Origin: Isurus oxyrinchus
Lineage: Eukaryota
DNA: 64,000 bases
Assembly (NCBI GenBank): GCA_026770705.1
Contig: JANJGN010000005.1
Span: 124,310,001 to 124,374,000 of the forward strand
Direction: 5' to 3'
Shown here: in pieces, positions 1 through 11,189 of the stretch
Layout of the letters: every line of letters starts with the position of its first letter
Numbering within the stretch: position 1 is the stretch's first letter
The notes under the pieces: generated by a model
Told to the model about the DNA's origin: nothing
The model's input: the letters and a program-made list of their open reading frames with translations, nothing else
Database searches by the model: none
Program-made: the position numbers and the translations under genes

Positions 1-187
1 GCAGGGAAGGGCAAGCAAGGAGTTAGAAGGAAAGAAAAGAAATATTTCCAAGTTAAATACAGCACAGAAATGGAAAGAATAGGTGGAATGAACAACCAAT
101 AAAGGAATAAAATTGAAGATAAATGTTAAAAAAAGAGGAAAATGGAATGCCGCATCAGTACAGGCAAAGTGCTTACTTTATGTAATA

Positions 188-390
188 AAAACAAAATGCT
201 GGAAGTATTCAGCAGGCCTGTCAGCAACTGTGGAGATGGAAACAGAGGTAACGTTTTGAGTTGAAGATGGCTCCCCTTCAGAACGTTAACTCTGTTTCTC
301 TCTCCAAGGATACTGGCAGGCCTGCTGAGTATTTCCAACACTTTCTCTATTTAGTTCAGATTTCCAGCATCCAGTGTATTCTGCTTTTCT
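188..390. mobile_element. Penelope-like element terminus arranged as an inverted repeat (hairpin)
   Basis: Arm 193-255 is the approximate reverse complement of arm 282-343. The same terminal sequence (…gcagacctgctgagt-tttcca…) occurs at 24530-24575, 31225-31340 and 44198-44255. Confidence 0.7.
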
Positions 391-677
391 ATTATGCTTA
401 TTTTAAGTATTGTTCTTTCACTGTTTAATTTGTATTTTAGGTTTTAGCACACCAATAAGGTTACCTTTGAGATTTGTGAAGCTCTATTGTAATATGCATA
501 TTTTAATAAATAAGCTGGAAATAAGCCAAGCGCAATAGCCTAGGGGCACAGTAGTTTCAGAGACCTTCCTGACATTCTAATCATTAATTCACTTAAACTA
601 GAGTATATGCTTATAACATTGGGGCTGAAGATACTAGGTTGAATTCTACAGATGCCTAAATCCATAGAAATATTATG

Positions 678-1110
678 GACACTGGAAAGCTGAAATAAAA
701 TAAATTCTGGAAATATTCAACAAGTCAAGTAGTTTCTATAGAGAGAAATAGTTGACATATCAGATCAATAATTTGAAGGGGGGCAGGGAGGAGACAGAAA
801 GAACAAAATTGATGGTATGTGATAGGGTGGAGGGCAGAAGAGATTAACTAACAAATGATTTCATGATGCAAAAGCCAAATGAGTGGTAATGGGTATAGTA
901 AAGAGACAAAAATTGCATTCAGATGAAGTGCAAATGGCTATAAAGTAGCCATGTGAATGCAGCATGAAGGGATAAAGAATCACGCCAGTAAAAAAAAATC
1001 TACAAAAAAACCTAGAACAAGATAGAGGCAGAGGTTATGATCTAAATGTGTTGAATTCAATATTAAACACAGAAGGTTGTAGAGTACCGAGATGAAGCAT
1101 GAGGTACGAG
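678..1110 (-). mobile_element. Degraded Penelope-like 3' fragment
   Basis: 1030-1105 is the reverse complement of the segment at 24020-24095 (cacctcatcttccgactagg…ttgaattcaacaactttag); a terminal motif lies at 680-760. Confidence 0.6.
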
Positions 1111-1369
1111 TTGGCCTAGGTAGTGAATTTTATTAGAACTTCACCATTTTTAGACCAGTTTCATTTTATATTCAGTTTAGTAAGCTAACAAGGTTAAGGA
1201 AGCCATTTTGAGACTAACATTTAACTGAAGAAGTCATTTTGTATTCCGTATTCAGGAACATAATTCCACATAGTGCGACCTAGGTGGTTGAAAACATGGC
1301 TTCCAATGGTGGGACAAAGAGATTATTGATACAAGAAAGAAGTGAAAGGAAGAGGGTTAGCTGTTTGGC

Positions 1370-1920
1370 AGAAGGATATTACAGAGATGGGGGAGTCAGA
1401 GGCTAAGGATGGATCTGAAGGCAAGGGAAAAGCATTTAAATGTGAGGCACTTTGGGCACAATTAATGGAAGGGTGATGGGTGAACAGGACCAGTCATGAA
1501 TAGGACTCAAGCAGCCAAATTTTAGACAATCTGGAATTTATGCATGATGGGGATGAGAAGCTACCAAAGAGAATACTGGAGTAAGTTACTAAAGATCATG
1601 GACAAAGATGATGGCTTCAGACTTCCCAATATTTAGCTGGAGAAAGTTAAGACTCATACAACAGTGGATGTTGAACAAGCAATCGGATAGCACAGAGAGC
1701 AATGTGGTACAGAGTTGTGCACAGTTAGTGCTGGACATCACTGGTACACCTTTAAAGCTGATTCTGTCTCTTTGGATAATGTACTCAAGAAGCAACACAT
1801 AGTTTAGGAAAAGGAGTGAGCCAAGGATGAGTCCATGGGGAAGAAATCCCCAATGTGACACTGTATGGGTAAGAGAAGATGACAGTACTAGAGATTCTCT
1901 GGGGAGACAGTGAGATGGGT
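1370..1920 (-). mobile_element. L2-type LINE RT fragment
   Basis: Minus translation includes GFLPHGLILGSLLF (decayed GVPQGSILGPLLF) and MSLNFLQLNIGKSEAIIF. Confidence 0.75.
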
Positions 1921-1974
1921 TGGGGGCAAGAGAGAGATGGTGGTGGGGGAGAGACGGGGAGGGTGGAAGAGAGG

Positions 1975-4236
1975 GGGAACAGAGAAAGAGAGAGAGAGAG
2001 CGGGGGGGGGCGAGAGACAGAGAGACGGGGGACGAGAGAGAGAGAGAGAGATGGGGACGAGAGAGAGAGAGAGAGAGAGACGGGGACGAGAAAGNNNNNN
2101 NNNNNNNNNNNNNNNNNNNNNNNNNNNNNNNNNNNNNNNNNNNNNNNNNNNNNNNNNNNNNNNNNNNNNNNNNNNNNNNNNNNNNNNNNNNNNNNNNNNN
2201 NNNNNNNNNNNNNNNNNNNNNNNNNNNNNNNNNNNATGGGGACGAGAGAGAGAGAGACGGGGACGAGAGAGAGAGATAGAGAGACGGGGACGAGAGAGAG
2301 AGAGATAGAGAGACGGGGACGAGAGAGAGAGAGATAGAGAGACGGGGACGAGAGAGAGATAGAGAGACGGGGACGAGAGAGAGAGAGAGAGAGACGGGGA
2401 CAAGAGAGAGAGAGAGAGAGACGGGGACAAGAGAGAGAGAGAGAGATGGGGACGAGAGAGAGAGAGAGAGAGATGGGGACACGAGAGAGAGAGAGACGGA
2501 GACGAGAGAGAGAGAGAGAGACGGGGACAAGAGAGAGAGAGAGAGATGGGGACGAGAGAGAGAGAGAGACGGGGACGAGAGAGAGAGAGAGAGAGAGACG
2601 GGGACGAGAGAGAGAGAGATAGAGAGACGGGGACGAGAGAGAGAGAGAGAGATGGGGATGAGAGAGAGAGAGACGGGGACGAGAGAGAGAGATAGAGAGA
2701 CGGGGACGAGAGAGAGAGAGATAGAGAGACGAGGACGAGAGAGAGAGAGATAGAGAGACGAGGACGAGAGAGAGAGAGATAGAGAGACGGGGACGAGAGA
2801 GAGAGANNNNNNNNNNNNNNNNNNNNNNNNNNNNNNNNNNNNNNNNNNNNNNNNNNNNNNNNNNNNNNNNNNNNNNNNNNNNNNNNNNNNNNNNNNNNNN
2901 NNNNNNNNNNNNNNNNNNNNNNNNNNNNNNNNNNNNNNNNNNNNNNNNNNNNNNNNNNNNNNNNNNNNNNNNNNGACGGGGACGAGAGAGGGAGAGAGAC
3001 GGGGACGAGAGAGGGAGAGAGACGGGGACGAGAGAGGGAGAGAGACGGGGATGAGAGAGGGAGAGAGACGGGGACGAGAGAGGGAGAGAGATGGGGACAA
3101 GAGAGAGAGAGAGACGGTGACGAGAGAGAAAGAGAGAGACGGTGACGAGAGAGAAAGAGAGAGACGGTGATGAGAGAGAAAGACGGGGACGAGAGAGAGA
3201 GACGGGGACGAGAGAGAGAGAGACGGGGACGAGAGAGAGAGACGGGGAGAGAGAGATGGACGGGGACGAGAGAGAGACGGGGACGAGAGAGAGAGATGGG
3301 GACGAGAGAGAGAGATGGGGACGAGAGAGAGAGATGGGGACGAGAGAGAATGGGGATGAGAGAGAGAGATGGGGACGAGAGAGAGAGATGGGGACGAGAG
3401 AGAGACGGGGACGAGAGAGAGACGGGGACGAGAGAGAGACGGGGACGAGAGAGAGAGATGGGGATGAGAGATAGACGGGGACAAGAGAGAGAGAGAAAGA
3501 GAGACGTGGACGAGAGAGAGAGAGAAAGAGAGACGGGGACGAGAGAGAGAGAGACGGGGACGAGAGAGACGGGGACGAGAGAGAGAGAGATGGGGACGAG
3601 AGAGAGAGATGGGGACGAGAGAGAGACGGGAACACGTGAGAGAGAGACGGGAACACGTGAGAGAGAGAGAGATGGGGACGAGAGAGAGAGACAGGGACAA
3701 GAGAGAGAGAGAGACGGGGACGAGAGAGAGACGGGGACGAGAGAGAGGGAGAGATGGGGACGAGAGAGAGGGAGAGATGGGACGAGAGAGAGAGAGAGAT
3801 GGGACGAGAGAGACAGAGAGAGACGGGGACGAGAGAGAGAGAGAGACGGGGACGAGAGAGAGAGAGAGAAGGGGACGAGAGAGAGAGAGAGACGGGGACG
3901 AGAGAGAGAGAGAGACGGGGACGAGAGCAAGAGAGAGATGGGGACGAGAGCAAGAGAGACGGGGACGAGAGCAAGAGAGACGGGGACGAGAGCGAGAGAG
4001 AGGGGGACGAGAGCAAGAGAGACAGGGATGAGAGAGAGAGAGAGACAGGGACAAGAGAGAGAGAGAGAGAGACGGGGACGAGAGAGAGAGAGAGACGGGG
4101 ACGAGAGAGAGAGAGAGACGAGGACGAGAGAGAGAGAGACAGGGACAAGAGAGAGAGAGAGAGACGGGGACGAGAGAGAGAGAGAGATACGGGGACGAGA
4201 GAGACGGAGACAGAGACGGGGACGAGAGAGAGAGAC
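1975..4236. repeat. Compound (GA)n microsatellite/minisatellite punctuated by C/TGGGGAC, containing two assembly gaps
   Basis: Directly visible units (GA)n-[C/T]GGGGAC. N runs at 2095-2235 and 2807-2974. Confidence 0.97.
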
Positions 4237-4590
4237 CGGGGCGGGGGAGAGGGGAGTAAAGGGGGGGGGGAGTGTGAGCGGGAGGGGGGAGCGCAGGAGG
4301 GAGGAAGTGCGGTTGGGAGTTAGTGCAGGCGGGAGAGAGGGAGCGCGGGAGGGAGGGAGCGCGGGGGGAGGGAGCGCGGGCGGTTGCGCGTGCAGGTGGG
4401 ATATAGAAGGGGAGAGAGATGGGTGATAGAGCAAGGGGAGAGAGAGTGATGATAAAGCAGGGGTAGAGAGCGAGGGTTGCAGTGGGAGGGGTGGAGAGAT
4501 AGGGGAAAATGGAGACGGAAGAGGGAGAGACAAGGAATAGGAATAGAGAGGGCAAGGAAGCAGGGAGAGGTGAGAGAAGGGGAGAGGGGA
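4237..4590. repeat. G/A-rich low-complexity tail of the array
   Basis: G runs and GGGAGCGCGGG repeats. Confidence 0.8.
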
Positions 4591-4595
4591 ACTTA

Positions 4596-5632
4596 CATTT
4601 ATATACGAATGATGGTATTGAGTGATGGTATTACCTAGTGGGGCCTGAGCCATTTGCTCACCATGCAAGCTTGATGCTGAAATAAGGCGCATCAAAGGCA
4701 TCCTGCAGGATAACTGCTATTCTGATCAGATTATTTCGTGTTGTATATCACACAAACTCATGAACAGGCTTAAGGCCATCACTTTCAGCCCTGAAAAGTG
4801 CCCAGTCTACTTCAGATTACCCTGGAAGGGCAAGGTATCTCAAAAAATTTGAGCAACAAGTAAAGCTAATTGTTTCACGCTGCTACTATGCAGTAGCAAC
4901 ACGAATGGTATTTGCCACTAACAGGATACTGCCATCAAACCAAAAGGACATTCTGCCTATCACACAAATGAGTAATCTGGTATATGAATTTCAGTGCCAG
5001 TGTAATGCTTGGTACGTGGGCCCTATGTCCCAAAGACTGGCAGATTGCATCAAACAGCATGTCCCAGCTGCTGTTCGCAACGGGCAGGGTTCAGACTGTA
5101 CCCAACCAGCCCGTGCTTGTAAAACTCGAAACAGTGTCCAACATTAGATGCGATTCTGCTATTGGACAACATTTGCTAAATAATCCTCAATGTGCTAAGG
5201 ATTATTCTGACAACCAATTTAAGATGGTCAGTTGAGCTCACAATGTGGCACATTTGTATGTACTGGAAGCTATATATATTAACACACAGGGCCATATTCC
5301 TTGCAGACAGAAATAACATGCACATACATTGCCTCTGTTACAGCTAAACAAAATAAGTGACAGCCATTCGCTGACTAATTCCTCAGGGCAATGTCTTGAC
5401 CAATCAATGTCAAGCTGCCTAGTTTATATTTCAAATAGTGTTTGGCAGTTAACTGTCAGTCATCATCAGTGGTGCATTCTCCAAGGCAACACCACTTGTC
5501 GACCAATTAGCACACCCTTCACATACAAAACAACAATTTATACTGTATTATATTGGGTATTCTTGCAAGTGTCCTGATAAGTGCAAGACAAAAAGCTTAG
5601 ACATGTCTCTTTTTTTCAGCAATACTCAAGTT
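4596..5632 (+). mobile_element. Penelope-like element, 3' part with GIY-YIG endonuclease (frameshifted) and terminal hammerhead remnant
   Basis: NLVYEFQCQCNAWYVGPMSQRLADCIKQH (GIY-YIG: VY…C.C…YVG…RL…H), then SAIGQHLLNNPQCA and LEAIYI. A hammerhead-like motif lies at 5569-5604. Confidence 0.88.
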
Positions 5633-6205
5633 CGGAACCCAGCAGGTTCCTCTGTAAACTCATAGGACAAGAGGGACTATCCTTTAGCAAGAACAGAACC
5701 CTGCCAAACAAGCAGGCAACCCAGGCAGTGAGAGAGGGGTCTAATACATTTCCACTAGCAAAGCTTCACCTTTACAAAACTTGGGCACCACTTCATCTGG
5801 TGACCTAGAGGCCGCCAACTTCCATTCACTGAAGAACCACGAAGGAGAATCATCCAGGCCTGATATGCGAGCATTTTTAAAGGACTGAAATTTCGACACG
5901 TGATTTACTTCTTATATTTTCTTTCACTAGTAACCTAAACACAAGCTTTGTCTCTCGAATCCATCTTTACCGGTGTGTATGTCTGTATGAGGGAGTAATT
6001 ATGTTTTGTTGCATACTTTTCGGGGTGTGGTGTGATTAAACATCATCCTTTCTTTTGATTTAAATTTACCTGAATGCCTGCTTTACATTTATTACTGAAA
6101 ATCACAACAGTCAAGGTCTAAAAACTCCCTCTAAAACACATCTTTCAGACAACCAAGAGGTGAGGAGAAAGGGGAAAGGTTATCTCACCCCTCCACATCT
6201 GCAAC
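5633..6205 (+). mobile_element. Possible LTR fragment
   Basis: Non-coding block ending …catctgcaaca (CA terminus) with an ATTAAA near 6035 and LTR-like composition; no second copy to confirm it. Confidence 0.35.
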
Positions 6206-6706
6206 ACAACGTTGCAGACTTATTTGTTAAATAATGGCGGCAGGAATGCCTTGGGATTAGCGGGAGTGAAGGGCAGTGATCCCAAACATTTCTCTTTTAT
6301 CTCCTATTCTCACTCTTCGCAAAATGGGTTTTGATTTAAAACTGGACTTGAAGCGCAGAAAGGAAACAAAGCTGTGGCACTCCTGTTGCTAGTTCCCCTC
6401 AAAACTGAGCCAGATTAATGGTATTTCCAGCATCTCAGGACTTCTGAGATTCGGGGGGAATTCCATGCTGTCCTTGATCCCGAGCAGCTTGATGCCGTCT
6501 CCAATTCCCCTCACCACTTCTCTGGGCACCGGCTGTTCTCTCCAGCTCCTGTTCCTTCTCCCCTCATTTCACCTCGCTGCCCTTACTCCGGTTCCACCCC
6601 TACAAGCCTGCCAAAGGAAACTACTTCCTTCCCCAAAGAGACCCACAGGGGACGAAAAATTCCTTCTCCCTAACATCATCACTTGCAAATGGGGACCAGG
6701 CCAACA

Positions 6707-6720
6707 GCTGCCATGGCAAC
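6707..6720. promoter_or_regulatory. RFX X-box-like motif GCTGCCATGGCAAC
   Basis: 13/14 match to the palindromic RFX consensus GTTGCCATGGCAAC. Confidence 0.35.
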
Positions 6721-6921
6721 CATGGGGTCAGGTGCGAATCGGGGAGACAGTGTGGCACACTTCCCTGAGTTGAGGTCCAACTATACATACCAAAAGAATA
6801 CTGTTTACTAAGTAATTAATAAGTTTGATTGAGCTACGATAGCTAAAACATTCAAACCAATCCAGACACGAGTGACAGCATTTCCTTCATTAATCACCGA
6901 TCTGAGCAAATGGAGGATTAA

Positions 6922-7248
6922 TTTTTTTAATTCGTTCATGGGATGTGGGTGTCGCTGGTAGAGGGCATTTAAGGGTCAACCATATTGTTGTGGGTCTGGA
7001 GTCCCATATAGGCCAGGCCAGGTAAGGACCGCAGATTTCCTTCCCTAAAGGACATTAGTGAACCAGATGGGTTTTTAACAATAATTGGTAATGGTTTTGT
7101 GGTCATCATCAGATCTTTAATTCCAGATTTTTATTGAATTCAAATTTCACCATCTGCCTTGGTGGGATTCGAACCAGTGTTCCCCGAGGATTACTTTGGG
7201 TCTCTGGAATACCAGTCCAGTGTCAATACCACTATGCCACTGCCTCCC
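6922..7248 (-). mobile_element. tRNA-derived SINE with intact Pol III A and B boxes and a LINE-derived 3' tail
   Basis: Minus strand A box TGGCATAGTGG (7239-7229) and B box GGTTCGAATCC (7175-7165). The tail …cccacatcccatgaacgaattaaaa matches the LINE 3' ends at ~26340-26370 and ~60925-60953. Confidence 0.85.
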
Positions 7249-7249
7249 T

Positions 7250-7905
7250 GGGATAATCTTCTTAACCCATCATCTGTGGGGGGACTTTCAATGGATGTTG
7301 TGGGAGGATCTGAGACTTTAGAAACACTATTAATTTCTTGTTTTTCAGTTGAACCTGAACTAGGTAGTAGTTCAGCCAGATAGGGGTCTAAGTTTTCAAG
7401 GACTTCATTAGCAGGAACATTTGATGCTTCAGCTGCAGTCCCACTACATTACATTTCCATATCTTCTTCGGGTACACGAGTGGGCCTCCTTGCACTAGAT
7501 GTACTCTCTGAATTCATGACACACTGGCCATCCCAGGATACAATGTCGCCATCTGACTCTTCGTCATTTGAGCCACTGCCAGCTGGAAATTCAAGTTCAG
7601 CTACACCATTGAGTGCGCTGTTTGTTCCCACAAGGCTTTTTTGACATCAAGCAACTCCCCTCTGTGAACCATCTTCTGAGGTTGCCCTCCAGTTGCAGAT
7701 TTAACGACATAAGCATGGCCACTAGTGTCAAGATGTGTGATGACTTTGTGGGCTTCAGAATCCCAGACATCTTGTATCTTAATTCAACCCTTTATATTCC
7801 TATTCTTCAGGAATATTCTTGCTCTGATCGGGAGGTCAACATCGTCAGTCTTGTGGTTATATAACGCTTTCCTTCTTGGAACTTCTTTCTCGTCTTCTTT
7901 ACACC
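7250..7905 (-). mobile_element. Gypsy-type LTR retrotransposon integrase C-terminal fragment (pseudogene)
   Basis: Minus frame RRKALYNHKTDDVDLPIRARIFLKNRNIKG*IKIQDVWDSEAHKVI…AYVVKSATGGQPQKMVHRGELL resembles the Gypsy integrase C-terminus, followed by an acidic/Ser-rich tail. Confidence 0.6.
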
Positions 7906-8019
7906 AATGCCTAGGTCATTAATGTATATCAGGGTCCTAACACCGAACCCTGGGGAACTCCACTGTGAATGTTCATCCAGTCCGGTCACTCAGCCAATTT
8001 TATAATATGTTGCTGAATT

Positions 8020-9290
8020 GAGATTGATTAGGCTATGGGAGTCACAAACGGAAACTTGTGACTGTGACTGTGACAAAGGTAAATCATCCTTTCCTCGTCC
8101 TATACATAGCATGTTGACCACTTCACCCTCCTCCAATGCCTCTTGCCTGTTATCCTGTTGGGTGGGACTGCTTGTACTTAGTTACATTCCTATCAAACTA
8201 GTCGTACCAGAGTAACACTCGCAGTGGCTTCTTTTTCAACTCACGCCACCATTGCCTTTGTTGTCCCTCAGGGGCCTATTCTTGGCCTCCTCCAATTTCT
8301 CACCTACACATTGCCCCCTAATGATAGCATCCGAAAGCACAGCATTAGTTTTCACATGTATGCTGACAACACCCGTATCTATCTCATCACCACCTTTCTT
8401 GACTCCTCCATAGTTGCTAAATTATCAGGCGGCTTATCCGACATTCAGTACTGAATGAGCAGGACTTTTTTTCAATTAAATATTGGGAAGACTGAAACCA
8501 TTATTTTTGTGCACCGCCCCAAAATTTGTTCCCTAGCTACCGGCTCCATCACCCTCCCTGGGAACTATCCAAGATTAAATAGGCCTATTCACAATACTGG
8601 TGTTATATTTGATCCTAAGATGAGCTTGGAACATAACTATGCCTGCCTATTTCCACTTCTGTAACATTGCTAGGCTTTGCAATGGTCTCAGCTCATCTGC
8701 TGCTGAGATGCCCATTTATGCCCGTTTTACCTCTAGACTTGACTATTTTAACACACTCCTGGTTAGGCTCCCATATTATACCCTTTATAAACTTAAGGTC
8801 ATCCAAAACTCTGCTGCTGGTGACTTAATTCACACCAAGTCCCATACACCTATCACCCCTGGTGCTTTTTAACCTCCATTGGCTCCCAATCAATGTCTTC
8901 ATCTTAAAATTCTCATCCTTGTTTTCAAATCCCTCCATGACCTTACCTCTTCCTACCTCTGTAATCTCCTCCAGCTCCACAAACCTCCAAGATATCTATG
9001 TTCATCTAATTTTTGACTTATGAGCATCTCCAATTTTAAAGACTCCACCTTCAGCTGTCTCAGCATGAAGTTTTGGAATTTTCTCCCTATACCTCTCTGC
9101 CTCTCTCCTTTGCTTTCCTCCTTTGAGACACTCCTTAAAACCTACCTCGTTGATCAAGCTTTTAATCATCTGACCTAATATCTCCTTATGCGTGTGGTAT
9201 TATATTTTGTTTTATAATGTTCCTGTGAACCCCTTTGGGACATTTTATAATACTATGAAGGCGCTTTATAAATATAGGTTGTTGTTGATG
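8020..9290 (+). mobile_element. L2-type LINE, RT C-terminal half plus 3' end
   Basis: VPQGPILGLLQF, FHMYADNTRIY, FQLNIGKTE, FTSRLDYFN, IQNSAA; ends …ataaatataggttgttgttg. Confidence 0.9.
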
Positions 9291-11189
9291 ACTGTAACTC
9301 TTAGATCTCTTTTGTGATCAGCATGCTGTACAACTTGAATACATATTAGGGGGAAAATATTGTTAGAACACAGGAGATTTCAGGATGCTTTCATTGAGGT
9401 GTTTAAAATTAAAAGGTAGTGAGTACTTCAGGTAGTTGAGGGAACTGGAATAAAAGTAGATGGACTCAAGATTAAATGCAAGAAATCCAGGGCAGAAAGC
9501 AGCAACAACTTGTATTTATATTACGCCTTTAACATAGAAAAATGGCAAGGCAGTTAACAAAGACGCAAATAGAATAAAATTAAAAACTGAACCCATGGAG
9601 AACACATCATATGAAGAGATTGAAAAACTACACTGTACATCATTTGAGGAAGGCACCACATGCAAGTGAAGTAATATCGGATTTCAAAGTGATTTACAAT
9701 TGTTTGTGAACAAAAAGGAGTTACTAAACATGTTTTCATGAAAGCATCACTTTACATTATTCCATCTTTTAAAAGCCTTGATCAAAATTTTATTGCATGC
9801 ACCTTGTTTCAAACAGAAAAGTGTTTATTGTCGAAGTAGTTTATTGATTCTTCTTGCATGAATTCTATCCACAAGGCATTCTGGTATGTAAGGTAGTTAA
9901 TTTGCTCTTAGTTTCAGAAAACTGTGCTTAGGTCAGCTTGCTAATAAAGTACACTTTAAGTGGGAAAGGTCTGCCAATATTCTTTTCTAAATCTACATTT
10001 TAGAATGGCACACCCTTACCCCAATCCACCCCGCCAACCCCCAGAGAAAATTCATCAAACAAATATTTTTGTGACAGAATTAAGATTGCTTTCACAGATG
10101 AACTATATAGGCTGAGTTGAAAAAACGGACTCGCAATCTCTGCATTATTCGTCATGTCCAACTCATACACAAAGGTGCATTTCCAATTTTCACTGAACTG
10201 CTGAACTCATCTGGGTTGTTGGTTCAGAAAAAAATTCTCCCTGGCCTTACTGTATCCCCAGACACAAATGCATTTTGTTTACATACATGCACTGTGCAAA
10301 AATACATCAATAGCACAATGCATTCACATCTCAAGATCCAACATTCAGTGCCAAATTCAGGAAGAGAGAAAACCCAAAATAAGTTTTCTGAGCACTTAGA
10401 AGAATTTGAAAGAGAATTTAAATGCTATTTCATGCCTACCAACTTGACTTCTGTTGCCAAAAGGAAAACAACAGTGGTATTCAAAGAGACATTGTAGCAA
10501 AATTCAATAGCTTACACACTTAATAGGTGAGCCCAATTACTGGCCACCCCAGCATTAGCCTTAAGTAAAATACAGCAACATTCTAGAAACTCCATCAAGC
10601 AAAGTGAGCAATTATAGTTTACAATGTAGATCGTACAAGGAAGGAATGAAAATGTGTCTCAGGGCGTATGCCCATCGAGAGCTTCTATACTGTGGAACAA
10701 TGCCACATTTTGAAGCAAACTCTAGAAATGAAGTATATCTGAACAGCCTTGATAATGTTGTTAAACCAAATAAATATCCTAACTATTGTGATTGTAATAT
10801 ACCATTCTTCCAAGATTGCAAACAAACAAACCTTGGCAAACATTGTTCAATGCAACTATTGTAAATATATGCCTGTCAAAACTTTAAAATAGCCATTAAG
10901 GCCAATAAAATAATGTTTGTGAACTGTGTAAAAAATTATGGCTTGTGATTTAGCTTAACTGCATCTCATTAGCTGCTTTTACAGGTTTGGTGATGTTCAA
11001 ATAAAACTAGTTTTAACTAATATTCTGTGAATTTACCCCAGTTTTTGAGTCTAATTCCACCCGACCCAGTTTCTAATGCTGGGAATAAAAACTAAATAAC
11101 ATTCAGAGAATCAAGTTTATAAATTGCCAATTAAAACTGACTTTAAAAGGTCTTTACAAAACGGGTTCCAACTAAAGGTGGTGGATGGA

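Noticed and set aside
1589-4701. Long ORFs of 400-988 aa (Ser/Leu or Arg/Glu rich)
   Set aside because: They are translations of the stop-free GA microsatellite, open in several frames on both strands and running through N gaps.
7165-7248. tRNA gene (A and B boxes)
   Set aside because: It continues directly into a multicopy SINE body and no full cloverleaf is evident.
10117-10497. 126-aa ORF in unique sequence
   Set aside because: TTG start, no recognisable domain and no convincing splice signals.
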